A stretch of 64,000 nt of DNA from Candidatus Omnitrophota bacterium (GTDB lineage: Bacteria > Omnitrophota > Gorgyraeia > Gygaellales > Profunditerraquicolaceae), in assembly GCA_041651035.1 (NCBI GenBank), contig JBAZKC010000004.1:8782-72781 (forward strand), given 5' to 3'. The notes under the pieces are model-generated. The model searched no databases. It had not been told where the DNA came from and saw nothing but the letters and a program-made list of their open reading frames with translations. The translations under genes and the position numbers were made by a program. Shown one piece after another: positions 47,598-55,866 of the stretch (positions are counted from its first letter, which is position 1; each line of letters starts with the position of its first letter).

Positions 47598-48068
47598 TTA
47601 GATCTTCTTCTCGTCTTCTTGAGCTATTATCTTTATAACGGACTTCTCGTCCGTACATATACGCAGGGTATCGCGGAAATATTTGTCTTTTAGAAGGCGT
47701 GAAATCCTGGCCAAGGCCTTAAGATGCGGGCCGGCAGAATCCTGAGGCGCTACCAATAAAAAGAATATATATGCTGATTCTCCGTCCAGAGAATCGAAAT
47801 CCACTCCTTTTTGAGAGATGCCCAGAGCCGCTACCAGTTTATCCACGCAATCGCATTTCGCGTGCGGTATAGCTATACCCTGGCCTATAGCGGTAGAGCC
47901 TAAAGCCTCTCTTGCCATAAGAGCTTCAATAAGCTTGTTACGATGACGTTTCTCGATCTCTCCGGCGTTAATTAAGGCATCCACCAACTCCTTGATCGCG
48001 TCTTCTTTTTTTGTGGATTTAAGGTCGGTGATGATCGCTTTTTTTGATAAGAAATCCATAACCTGCAT
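47598..48068 (-). CDS. ptsN: PTS EIIA-Ntr-like nitrogen regulatory protein (PTS_EIIA_2 fold)
   Basis: 156 aa. ...TAIGQGIAIPHAKCD... phosphorylatable His. With ptsI/ptsH and no EIIBC permease, this points to a regulatory PTS. Confidence 0.8.
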   Translation of the reverse strand: MQVMDFLSKKAIITDLKSTKKEDAIKELVDALINAGEIEKRHRNKLIEALMAREALGSTAIGQGIAIPHAKCDCVDKLVAALGISQKGVDFDSLDGESAYIFFLLVAPQDSAGPHLKALARISRLLKDKYFRDTLRICTDEKSVIKIIAQEDEKKI

Positions 48069-48106
48069 AGCGTTTCTCCTTTCGAGTTTCCTGTTTGACT
48101 TTTAAT

Positions 48107-48182
<76 letters not shown>

Positions 48183-48317
48183 CACTAAAAAGTGCGCACT
48201 GCATGATTCGCTGTTAAATCATTCTATCCCTTGCTTATTCGCTTGTAAATTCCCGGCACAATCCGCCGGAAATTTACTGCGCAAGCTGCGGGATGAATTT
48301 TGCTTCGCAAAATTCTA

Positions 48318-48399
48318 TGGGCGGAAGAGGATTTGAACCTCCAAGGGTTGCCCCAATAGCTCCTAAGGCTATCGCGTATGCCAATTCCGCCACCCGCCC
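48318..48399 (-). tRNA. tRNA-Leu (TAG), type II with long variable arm, no CCA encoded
   Basis: Minus strand GGGCGGGTGGCGGAATTGGCATACGCGATAGCCTTAGGAGCTATTGGGGCAACCCTTGGAGGTTCAAATCCTCTTCCGCCCA. Anticodon stem ATAGC/GCTAT, loop CTTAGGA. Confidence 0.85.
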
Positions 48400-48476
48400 G
48401 GAATTATCCACTTCCCCCTAACTGCTACCTGTTAATTACTACATGCTAAAGATGAATTTTGCTTCGCAAAATTATA

Positions 48477-48549
48477 TGAGCCTCCCGCGATTCGAACGCG
48501 GCACGGCCATCTTAAAAGGATGGTGCTCTACCGAATGAGCTAGAGGCCC
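48477..48549 (-). tRNA. tRNA-Lys (TTT), no CCA encoded
   Basis: Minus strand GGGCCTCTAGCTCATTCGGTAGAGCACCATCCTTTTAAGATGGCCGTGCCGCGTTCGAATCGCGGGAGGCTCA. Anticodon loop CTTTTAA. Confidence 0.9.
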
Positions 48550-48597
48550 AAAATGAACTTCCTCGGATTAAAACCCGGGGATCTCTGTGTTATCCCG

Positions 48598-48638
48598 CGC
48601 ATTCATCTTTCGGCTCAAGAACTTGTGATGAATGCGCT
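48598..48638. other. Perfect 11-bp inverted repeat GCGCATTCATC-N19-GATGAATGCGC between frr and the tRNA cluster
   Basis: Seen directly. Located 10 nt downstream of the frr stop on the minus strand. No U-tract. Candidate terminator or processing hairpin separating the rpsB-tsf-pyrH-frr operon from the tRNAs. Confidence 0.4.
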
Positions 48639-48648
48639 TCGATTAAAA

Positions 48649-49212
48649 TTAATTCCCTAAGATTTCCTGTTCTTTACTCTTAAGCAGTTCGTCAATCTTA
48701 GCGATATGTTTATCTACGTGTTTCTGCAGTTCATCAATGCCGCGGAACTTATCGTCTTCGGAGATAGCCTTGTCTTTTTCCAGTTTTTCTAAAGATTCCT
48801 TAGCGTCGCGCCTTATTGTGCGTAAAGACACCCTGCCTTCCTCGGACATTTTATGCACAACCTTAGCGAGTTCCTGCCGCCTGTCTTTTGATAAGGGAGG
48901 GACCGACAACCTGATCAATTTACCGTCATTGGAAGGCGAAATCCCCAGATTGGATTTCATTATCGCTTTCTCTATCTCGGCGATCGCGGTTATGTCCCAG
49001 GGCTGTATTACGATAAGATGCGCGTCAGGAGCTGAAATAGAAGCCAATTGCTTAAGCAAGGTCAGCGTTCCGTAATAATCGACATGCAGGCCTTCTACGA
49101 GAGTAGGAGACGCCCTGCCTGTCCTTATCTCGGAGAATTCACGCGACATGGATTCAACCGCTTTCTTCATTTTCTCTTCGGTATTATGTATGATTTCCTT
49201 GGTGGTAGCCAT
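48649..49212 (-). CDS. frr: Ribosome recycling factor
   Basis: 187 aa. ...FSEIRTGRASPTLVEGLHVDYYGTLTLLKQLA...: canonical RRF. Confidence 0.92.
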   Translation of the reverse strand: MATTKEIIHNTEEKMKKAVESMSREFSEIRTGRASPTLVEGLHVDYYGTLTLLKQLASISAPDAHLIVIQPWDITAIAEIEKAIMKSNLGISPSNDGKLIRLSVPPLSKDRRQELAKVVHKMSEEGRVSLRTIRRDAKESLEKLEKDKAISEDDKFRGIDELQKHVDKHIAKIDELLKSKEQEILGN

Positions 49213-49229
49213 AGTTTTTCGCCTCCCGT

Positions 49230-49952
49230 TTATTCCACAACCGTACCTATCTTTTCCCCCAATACTACCCGCTTTATATTACCCCTGGTGTTTAAATTAA
49301 ATACCACAATGGGTAATTTATTATCCATGCAAAGGCTTATGGCGGTGGCGTCCATAACCTTAAGATGCTTTTTTAAAACGTCTATGTATTTTAATCTGCT
49401 GAATTTCTTAGCGCCCTTTACTTTTAAAGGATCCGCGGAATATACCCCGTCTACCCTGGTTGCCTTTAATATCGCGTCGGCATTTATCTCCATCGCCCTG
49501 AGGGCTGCGGCAGTATCTGTAGTAAAATAGGGATTGCCTGTACCCGCGACGAATATCACCACGCGCCCTTTTTCCAAATGCCGTATTGCCCTTCTCCTGA
49601 TATACGGCTCGGCAATACGCTGCATCTCTATAGCTGTCATTACACGGGTCGGCACGCCCGCCTTCTCCAAACTATCCTGCAGGGCCAGCCCGTTTATACA
49701 AGTAGCCAGCATCCCCATATAATCAGCCACTGACCTATCCATATCCAGGCCCCGGGAACTGATATTCTCCTGGCCCCTGAATATATTGCCTCCACCTAAG
49801 ACTACCGCTACGTCCACTTTCAAATCCTTGATCTCTTTTATCTGGCGGGAAATAGAAGACAGGACAGACTGGTCTATACCGTGGGATTTTTTACCCTGGA
49901 GCGCTTCGCCGCTTAATTTTAAGACTATCCTTTTATAAACAGACCGTGCCAT
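49230..49952 (-). CDS. pyrH: UMP kinase
   Basis: 240 aa. [12 protein letters not shown]..., [11 protein letters not shown]: amino-acid-kinase family PyrH motifs. Confidence 0.92.
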   Translation of the reverse strand: MARSVYKRIVLKLSGEALQGKKSHGIDQSVLSSISRQIKEIKDLKVDVAVVLGGGNIFRGQENISSRGLDMDRSVADYMGMLATCINGLALQDSLEKAGVPTRVMTAIEMQRIAEPYIRRRAIRHLEKGRVVIFVAGTGNPYFTTDTAAALRAMEINADAILKATRVDGVYSADPLKVKGAKKFSRLKYIDVLKKHLKVMDATAISLCMDNKLPIVVFNLNTRGNIKRVVLGEKIGTVVE

Positions 49953-50473
49953 TATTCGCCGACTTTATAACGCGTAAACCTGCGGATGATAATATTCTCT
50001 CCCAGCTTGGCTATCAGGCCCCCTAAATAATCTTTTACGGTAATGCTGGAGTCCTTGATAAACACCTGCTCTAACAGGCAATTATTCTTGTAAAATTCTT
50101 CCTTGTTTTTCTCTTTCTCGATAACATCGCCTGGCACGTCCTCTTTCTTTATATATACGGGGCTTGTGGCTGTTATCTGCATGGATACATCCTTGGTAAA
50201 TTGCATGAAATCATCATTACGCGCCACAAAATCAGTCTCACAATTAACCTCTAAAAGCACGCCGATCTTATTACCCAGATGCACATAGGCTTCTACCCTT
50301 CCCTCGCGGGCGGTAGTCCCCTTTTTCGCCGCGATCTCCAGGCCATGTTTGCGCAAAAATTCAACTGCCTTGCCGATATCCCCGCCTGCTTCTTCAAGCG
50401 CCTTCCTGCAGTGCGCGAAGCTCGCGCAAGTTAATTTTCTTAGCTCTTTTATTGAATCTACAGATATCTTCAT
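49952..50473 (-). CDS. tsf: Elongation factor Ts (short form)
   Basis: 173 aa. N-terminal UBA-like ...[34 protein letters not shown]... and core ...[11 protein letters not shown]. Confidence 0.85.
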   Translation of the reverse strand: MKISVDSIKELRKLTCASFAHCRKALEEAGGDIGKAVEFLRKHGLEIAAKKGTTAREGRVEAYVHLGNKIGVLLEVNCETDFVARNDDFMQFTKDVSMQITATSPVYIKKEDVPGDVIEKEKNKEEFYKNNCLLEQVFIKDSSITVKDYLGGLIAKLGENIIIRRFTRYKVGE

Positions 50474-50479
50474 TTTAAC

Positions 50480-51385
50480 TTACGCCCTCTTTCTTAACTT
50501 CGGTTTCTCTTCAGCCGCCTTCTTTACGCGGCCCTTCTTTAGCGCCTTATCCGCGTCTTCAACAGGCTCTGTGGTTTCCACTATTTCTTCTATCTCTTTT
50601 ATCTTTATCTCTTCTTCCGGAAGGACTACCGGCTCCTCCAACGGCTCAGGGGTTTTCTCGCCTTTTACAGTAGCCACGCCTTCCTGGGCAAGATACGACA
50701 AGAACCTTTTCCTGCCCTCGATTATGGCATCGCCGATAATAGAGGTAACCGCCCGTATGGATTTAGTAGCATCGTCATTGCCAGGAATAGGATAAGCTAT
50801 CAACTCCGGATTCGAATTAGTATCAATAAGGCCTATTATAGGGATAGATAACCTGTTGGCCTCACGGACCGCGGTATCTTCCTTCTTGGTGTCCACAATA
50901 AAGATGGCTTTAGGCATACGCTCCATCTTCACGATACCGGAGAAATTCTTGTTCAACTTGGCTAATTCTTTTTCCAGGCGGGCTACTTCTTTCTTGGTAA
51001 GCTTGGCAAAAGTGCCATCCTCTCTCATCGCCTCTATCTCTTTGAGGCGGTTTATGCTCTTTTTTATGGTGGAAAAATTAGTAAGGAGCCCTCCAGGCCA
51101 GCGCTCGGTTACATAATACATGCCGCAGCGTATAGCCTCCTGCTGAACAACCTCCTGCGTCTGCTTTTTCGTTCCCACAAAGAGCACGAATTCCCCCTTA
51201 GAGGCTATATCCAGCAAGAAATCCCTGGCGGCGTTGATACATTCTTCGGTCTTCTCCAGATCGATAATGTAAATGCCGCTCCTTTCGCCAAAAATGAATT
51301 TCTTCATCTTGGGATTCCAGCGTTTCTTCTGATGGCCAAAATGGACCCCTGCTTCTAAAAGCTGTTTAATCAATTCTGAAGGCAC
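50480..51385 (-). CDS. rpsB: 30S ribosomal protein S2 with Lys/Glu-rich C-terminal extension
   Basis: GTG start with an AAGGGGGAG RBS. MPSELIKQLLEAGVHFGHQKKRWNPKMKKFIFGERSGIYIIDL... is the canonical S2 sequence. Confidence 0.92.
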   Translation of the reverse strand: MPSELIKQLLEAGVHFGHQKKRWNPKMKKFIFGERSGIYIIDLEKTEECINAARDFLLDIASKGEFVLFVGTKKQTQEVVQQEAIRCGMYYVTERWPGGLLTNFSTIKKSINRLKEIEAMREDGTFAKLTKKEVARLEKELAKLNKNFSGIVKMERMPKAIFIVDTKKEDTAVREANRLSIPIIGLIDTNSNPELIAYPIPGNDDATKSIRAVTSIIGDAIIEGRKRFLSYLAQEGVATVKGEKTPEPLEEPVVLPEEEIKIKEIEEIVETTEPVEDADKALKKGRVKKAAEEKPKLRKRA

Positions 51386-51570
51386 TTATACACTCCCCCT
51401 TTTAATGGTTGATAGTGGAGCTCCTTTAGACTAAAGTCTTGGGGCTCCCTCCCCGTAGCAAAAATGCATTCCGCAAATTCCTATCCCCGATCTTAAAGAC
51501 CGGGGATTTTGCGTAGGGGATTAAGTTAAATTTTCAGTATACCAGAATATTTCCTGTATGCAACCTATTT
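51386..51570 (-). promoter_or_regulatory. rpsB promoter (TTGCAT-16-TATACT) and ~150-nt structured 5' leader
   Basis: Minus strand: TTGCATacaggaaatattctggTATACT, then hairpins CCCCGGTCTTTAAGATCGGGG and GGGGAGGGAGCCCC and the palindromes AGACTTTAGTCT and GGAGCTCC before the RBS. Consistent with an S2 autoregulatory leader, by analogy with known rpsB leaders. Confidence 0.45.
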
Positions 51571-53355
51571 CTACAGTTCTTGCGCCTGATAAAGGCGCCG
51601 GTATAGCCCATCCTTATCAATAAGTTCACTATGAGAACCCTGCTCTACGATCTTGCCTTTTTCCAATATGACTATCTTATGGGCCGCTTTTACGGTAGAA
51701 AGGCGGTGCGCGATCACAAATACCGTCCTGCCTTGGATTAATCTATCCAGGGCATCCTGGACAATGCGTTCCGCTTCAGAGTCTAGCTGGGACGTCGCCT
51801 CATCCAGGATCAATATAGGAGGGTTTTTAAGCAGCGCGCGGGCTATCGCGATCCTCTGGCGCTCTCCTCCCGAAAGCCTCATTCCTCTATCGCCGATAAC
51901 CGTATCGTAGCCGGCAGGCAAACGCTTAATAAAATCGTGGGCATGGCTGGAAATCGCGGCCCGCTCTATTGCCTCATACGAAGCGCGAGTATCGCCATAG
52001 GCGATATTGGCCTTTATAGTATCGTTAAAGAGTATTGTCTCCTGGGTGACGATCCCGACCTGCTGGCGCAAAGATTTTAAGCTGGTATCTTTTATATCCA
52101 TACCGTCAATTAATATCCGCCCCTTTTTAGGGTCATAGAAACGCGGGATCAAGTCTACCAGGGTGGTCTTTCCTGTGCCGCTGCGGCCCACAATAGCCAA
52201 AATCGAATTCTTCTTTACCTCTAAAGTGATGCCTTTTAAGACTTCATGCTCCGCGTAATTAAACCAGACATCTTCGAAAGCAACACTATCCTTAAATCCG
52301 GGCAGCTCTATGGCATTCGGCTTCTCTTCCACGCTCGGGCTGGTTTCCAATACTTCATAAATACGCTCGCTGGCTGCCACTGCCTGCTGGTTAAGGGAAT
52401 TCACCTGGCTTAATTTCTTAAACGGCCTTATCACCGACAATAATGAACCCAGGAAGAGCCCGAATACGCCAAAAGACAGCTTACCCGCGATCACCTCCCT
52501 GCCTCCCCAGAAAAAGACGAAAATGCCGGCAATACAGCCTAAAAACTCAGTAACCGGGCTTACGATCAAAAGCCGTTTTATGGACTTCATGGAGATCTTA
52601 TAGTAATCGTGATTTACCCGGTTGAATTTGGCTATTTCGTAATCTTCCATATTGAAAGCCTTGACGATCCTGGTGCCGATTATGGTTTCGTAAAGTATGG
52701 AATTTATATCCGCCATCTTTTCCTGCGACCTCTTAGACAGCTTTCTTAATATCTTACCTACCTTGATAATGGGGAAACTGATAAGAGGGATCAGGATTAT
52801 GGTAGTCAAGGCGAGCTTAAAATAAATAAAAAAGGTTAAAAACAAGAATATTACCACCTGCAGCGTTTGATACACCAGGTCCGTTGACCCATAGGATACG
52901 GCATTTTCAACCAGTTTTACGTCATTAGTAATACGGGAGATAAGCTCGCCGCCGCGTTTATGGGTAAAATAGTCCAGGGAGAGCGACTGAAATTTAACAT
53001 AAAGCTTTGACCTTATATCTTTTACCACATGTTGGCCGATATCCGACATAAGATAAGCCTGAAAGAAACCGAATAACCCTTTAAAAATGAATAGCAGGAC
53101 AATGGCTATGACCATGTAATTTAAGAGTACCAACGGAGGCATATCGTTTATTTTAGTTACAAAACCGGCTATACTTTCAGGCAACTTGGCAGGCACAATG
53201 ATCTTTTTGTTGGTCAAAACCTTATCCGCCAAAGGCACGATCATGGCTAAGGAAACCCCGTCAAAAAGGGCGGAAAATGCCATACATATCGAAGCCAGGG
53301 AAAATTGGCCTAAATATGGCTTAATAAACTTAAGTAACCTCAGATAATCCCGCAT
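51571..53355 (-). CDS. msbA: ABC transporter permease/ATPase, MsbA-like lipid A/lipid exporter
   Basis: 594 aa. Six-TM domain plus an ABC ATPase (GRSGTGKTTL Walker A, LSGGERQRIAIARAL signature, ILILDEATSQLD Walker B). Adjacent to lipid A genes. Confidence 0.85.
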   Translation of the reverse strand: MRDYLRLLKFIKPYLGQFSLASICMAFSALFDGVSLAMIVPLADKVLTNKKIIVPAKLPESIAGFVTKINDMPPLVLLNYMVIAIVLLFIFKGLFGFFQAYLMSDIGQHVVKDIRSKLYVKFQSLSLDYFTHKRGGELISRITNDVKLVENAVSYGSTDLVYQTLQVVIFLFLTFFIYFKLALTTIILIPLISFPIIKVGKILRKLSKRSQEKMADINSILYETIIGTRIVKAFNMEDYEIAKFNRVNHDYYKISMKSIKRLLIVSPVTEFLGCIAGIFVFFWGGREVIAGKLSFGVFGLFLGSLLSVIRPFKKLSQVNSLNQQAVAASERIYEVLETSPSVEEKPNAIELPGFKDSVAFEDVWFNYAEHEVLKGITLEVKKNSILAIVGRSGTGKTTLVDLIPRFYDPKKGRILIDGMDIKDTSLKSLRQQVGIVTQETILFNDTIKANIAYGDTRASYEAIERAAISSHAHDFIKRLPAGYDTVIGDRGMRLSGGERQRIAIARALLKNPPILILDEATSQLDSEAERIVQDALDRLIQGRTVFVIAHRLSTVKAAHKIVILEKGKIVEQGSHSELIDKDGLYRRLYQAQEL

Positions 53356-53380
53356 GTTTTATACCTCCGCAAAGGAAATT

Positions 53381-53409
53381 AGTATACCATAACTATCTAC
53401 CCCTAGCAA
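53381..53409 (-). promoter_or_regulatory. Predicted sigma70 promoter for msbA (TTGCTA-17-TATACT)
   Basis: Minus strand TTGCTAggggtagatagttatggTATACT, about 25 nt upstream of the GGAGG RBS. Confidence 0.45.
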
Positions 53410-53435
53410 CTTTTTTTAACACTTGGCTTTGGCTG

Positions 53436-53606
53436 TTTTAACGGGTGCCGGGCTTGATTTGAGCAGCACATACGAAAATTTGAGCGGGCAGGGTTTGTAG
53501 CTTTAACCGTAAGCCTCCAAGAGCGAAAATTTTCGCTGAGTGAGGATTTCCTCGCTGGGGAAATCCGAACGGTGCTGCGAGAACAAGCCCGGCACCCGTT
53601 AAAAAT
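53436..53606. repeat. Highly structured ~170-nt element closed by a 21-bp perfect (35-bp imperfect) terminal inverted repeat; MITE-like or structured ncRNA (6S-like architecture)
   Basis: TTTTAACGGGTGCCGGGCTTG...GCAGCAC at 53436-53469 pairs with GTGCTGC...CAAGCCCGGCACCCGTTAAAAA at 53572-53606. The interior contains the GCGAAAATTTTCGC palindrome and a GGATTTCC/GGAAATCC hairpin. It lies in the 388-nt divergent spacer between msbA and gfo. Confidence 0.6.
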
Positions 53607-53743
53607 TAATAATAAATCCGACCTTCGCTCTAACGAATAGATCTCTGACCGATTATTCTGAAAGATTTTATGCCTTTCGCTGGAGGCACATTGAAAGAAG
53701 ATTTCAGTTGCAACGGGACAGGCGTTTTGCTATCATTCTTAGT

Positions 53744-54670
53744 ATGTCTAAATTAAGGATCGGGGTAATAGGCACCGGGCACCTAGGCAGCATCCATGCT
53801 AAAATATACAGCCAAATTGAAGGCTGTTCCCTGGCAGCTGTCTGCGATACTGATAAAACCCGCCTCGATGAAGTATCCCGGAGTTTAAATGTCGGCGGTT
53901 ACCTTGATTACCGGGAACTCTTTCCCCTGGTTGACGCAGTAAGTATTGCCACGCCTACAAAATCACATTACAAAATAGCTCAAGATTTCCTGAAGCACAA
54001 CATACACTGCCTGGTGGAAAAACCCTTTACCAGCAATCTTAAACAAGCCGATTCTCTTATAAAAGAAGCTAAAAGAAACAAATTAACCCTGCAGGTTGGT
54101 TATATTGAAAGATTCAATTCCGCTTTCGCGGCTACGCAAAAGATCATTGAGAATCCGAAATTTATTGAATGCCACAGGCTTAGCCCCTTCCCTAACCGCT
54201 CATTGGATGTGGGTGTGGTGCTGGATATTATGATCCATGACATAGACATAACCCTGGGCCTGGTCCCTTCTAAAATTAAGAGAGTCGAGTCTGTCGGCGT
54301 TAATGTCTTAACACAGTTTGAAGATATCGCTAATGCCCGGCTTACCTTTAAAAACGGCTGCGTGGCAAACCTCACCGCCAGCCGCGTATCGGATGAAATT
54401 ATGCGCAAGATCAGGATTTTTCAGGAAGATACTTATATATCTCTTGATTATAAGAATGCCCAGGCCTGCGTGTACAAGAAGAACGGCCAGAATATCACCA
54501 AGGCCAGCCTCCCTATTGAAAAAGAACAACCCTTGCAGAAGGAATTAGCGTCTTTCGTAGACTGCGTCATTACGCGCAAGGAACCGCTGGTCTCAGGAAG
54601 ATCCTCCCGGGAGGCATTAGCAGTAGCCCTGGAAATCCAAAATCAGATATGGCGCAAAAACAGATCCTGA
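53744..54670 (+). CDS. Gfo/Idh/MocA-family NAD(P)-dependent oxidoreductase (candidate UDP-GlcNAc 3-dehydrogenase GnnA-like)
   Basis: Start placed at ATG 53744 (MSKLRIGVIGTGHLGSIHAK Rossmann); the track ORF starts at TTG 53708. Conserved EKP motif (LVEKPF). Overlaps lpxB by 22 nt, implying co-translation. Confidence 0.75.
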   Translation: MSKLRIGVIGTGHLGSIHAKIYSQIEGCSLAAVCDTDKTRLDEVSRSLNVGGYLDYRELFPLVDAVSIATPTKSHYKIAQDFLKHNIHCLVEKPFTSNLKQADSLIKEAKRNKLTLQVGYIERFNSAFAATQKIIENPKFIECHRLSPFPNRSLDVGVVLDIMIHDIDITLGLVPSKIKRVESVGVNVLTQFEDIANARLTFKNGCVANLTASRVSDEIMRKIRIFQEDTYISLDYKNAQACVYKKNGQNITKASLPIEKEQPLQKELASFVDCVITRKEPLVSGRSSREALAVALEIQNQIWRKNRS

Positions 54671-55800
54671 TCATCTGCGGAGAGGCATCCGGAGACCTTA
54701 ACGCCTCCAACCTCGTAACCGCGATAAAAGAGATAGACCCCGGTATAATATTTTCCGGTGTTGGCGGCTGGCGGCTGCGGAAGGCAGGAGTCAATATCTA
54801 TTGTGATATCAAGGAACTTGACAGCATCGGGCTTTTTGACGTATTAAGAAAACTTCCTAAATTCTTCGGTCTCAAAAAACTAATCCTGCAAGAAATAAAA
54901 ATTAAAAAACCGGACGCGGTAATCCTGGTTGATTTTTCGGGATTTAACCTCAGGCTTGCCAAAGAAATAGATAAAACTATTCCCCTTATCTACTATACCA
55001 GCCCGCAGGTCTGGGCATCCAGGGCCGGAAGGATAAAAACCATAAAAGAACACATCCATAAGATGATCGTGCTGTTTAGATTTGAGCGGGAATTTTATAA
55101 AAAACACGGCATAGAGGCGGATTTTGTCGGCCACCCCCTGCTGGATACCGTTTACCCCTCGGTTGAAAAAAAAGAATTTCTAAAAGAGCTGGGTTTCTCC
55201 GAATCCAAGGCCACTATCGCCCTCCTGCCCGGTTCACGCAAACAAGAAGTAGAAAATATCCTGCCTGTAATGTTGGAGGCCTCTGCCCTCATTAATAAAC
55301 ATTTGCCTGGCACCCAGTTTGTGATCGCCAAGTCCTCTCAGGTAGATTTAAATATTTATAACCGGCAGACAAATAGCTTCAAGGCGGATTTAAAGACCGT
55401 CGAGGGAAGAACTTATGACTGCCTGAACATCGCGCGATTCTGCCTGGTCGCCTCAGGCACGGCCACATTAGAAACAGCGATAATGCAAAAACCCCTTGCG
55501 ATAATTTATAAGATGAGCCTATTGAATTATCTTCTCTACCGGCCGCTGATAAAGGTCCCTTATATAGGAATGGTAAACATAGTAGCGGAAAAAAAGATAA
55601 TCCCTGAATTTATCCAGTTTGGGGCGGATCCAAAGAAAATATCAGAGCAGGCCTTAAAGATATTAAGAGAACCTTCTCTAACAGCGCGGATGGAAAACGA
55701 CCTCTTGCAAATAAAATCCTTGCTCGGCGAAAAAGGCGCCAGTAAAAGAGCCGCCCGGATTATCGTAGATTTCCTAAATAATCCTTCCTTCCCCAAGTAG
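54649..55800 (+). CDS. lpxB: Lipid-A-disaccharide synthase
   Basis: 383 aa. MAQKQILIICGEASGDLNASNLV..., ...LLPGSRKQEV..., and GT-B fold features typical of LpxB. Confidence 0.9.
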   Translation: MAQKQILIICGEASGDLNASNLVTAIKEIDPGIIFSGVGGWRLRKAGVNIYCDIKELDSIGLFDVLRKLPKFFGLKKLILQEIKIKKPDAVILVDFSGFNLRLAKEIDKTIPLIYYTSPQVWASRAGRIKTIKEHIHKMIVLFRFEREFYKKHGIEADFVGHPLLDTVYPSVEKKEFLKELGFSESKATIALLPGSRKQEVENILPVMLEASALINKHLPGTQFVIAKSSQVDLNIYNRQTNSFKADLKTVEGRTYDCLNIARFCLVASGTATLETAIMQKPLAIIYKMSLLNYLLYRPLIKVPYIGMVNIVAEKKIIPEFIQFGADPKKISEQALKILREPSLTARMENDLLQIKSLLGEKGASKRAARIIVDFLNNPSFPK

Positions 55801-55857
55801 GGACGTTTCTTCACCCAAGGCAGGGACGTTTCTTCTGCTAAAGCTAGATCTGTCCCC
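55798..55857 (+). repeat. Structured repeat, family B, copy 2 (abuts and supplies the TAG stop of lpxB)
   Basis: TAGGGACGTTTCTTCACCCAAGGCAGGGACGTTTCTTCTGCTAAAGCTAGATCTGTCCCC. Same 21-nt head, tandem GGGACGTTTCT, and CTGTCCCC tail as 27968-28027, but in the opposite genomic orientation. Confidence 0.8.
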
Positions 55858-55866
55858 TCCTATCTA

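Noticed and set aside
53670-53700. Possible sigma54 (-24/-12) promoter GGCACATTGAAAG upstream of gfo
   Set aside because: The spacing between the GG and GC elements does not fit the TGGCAC-N5-TTGC consensus.
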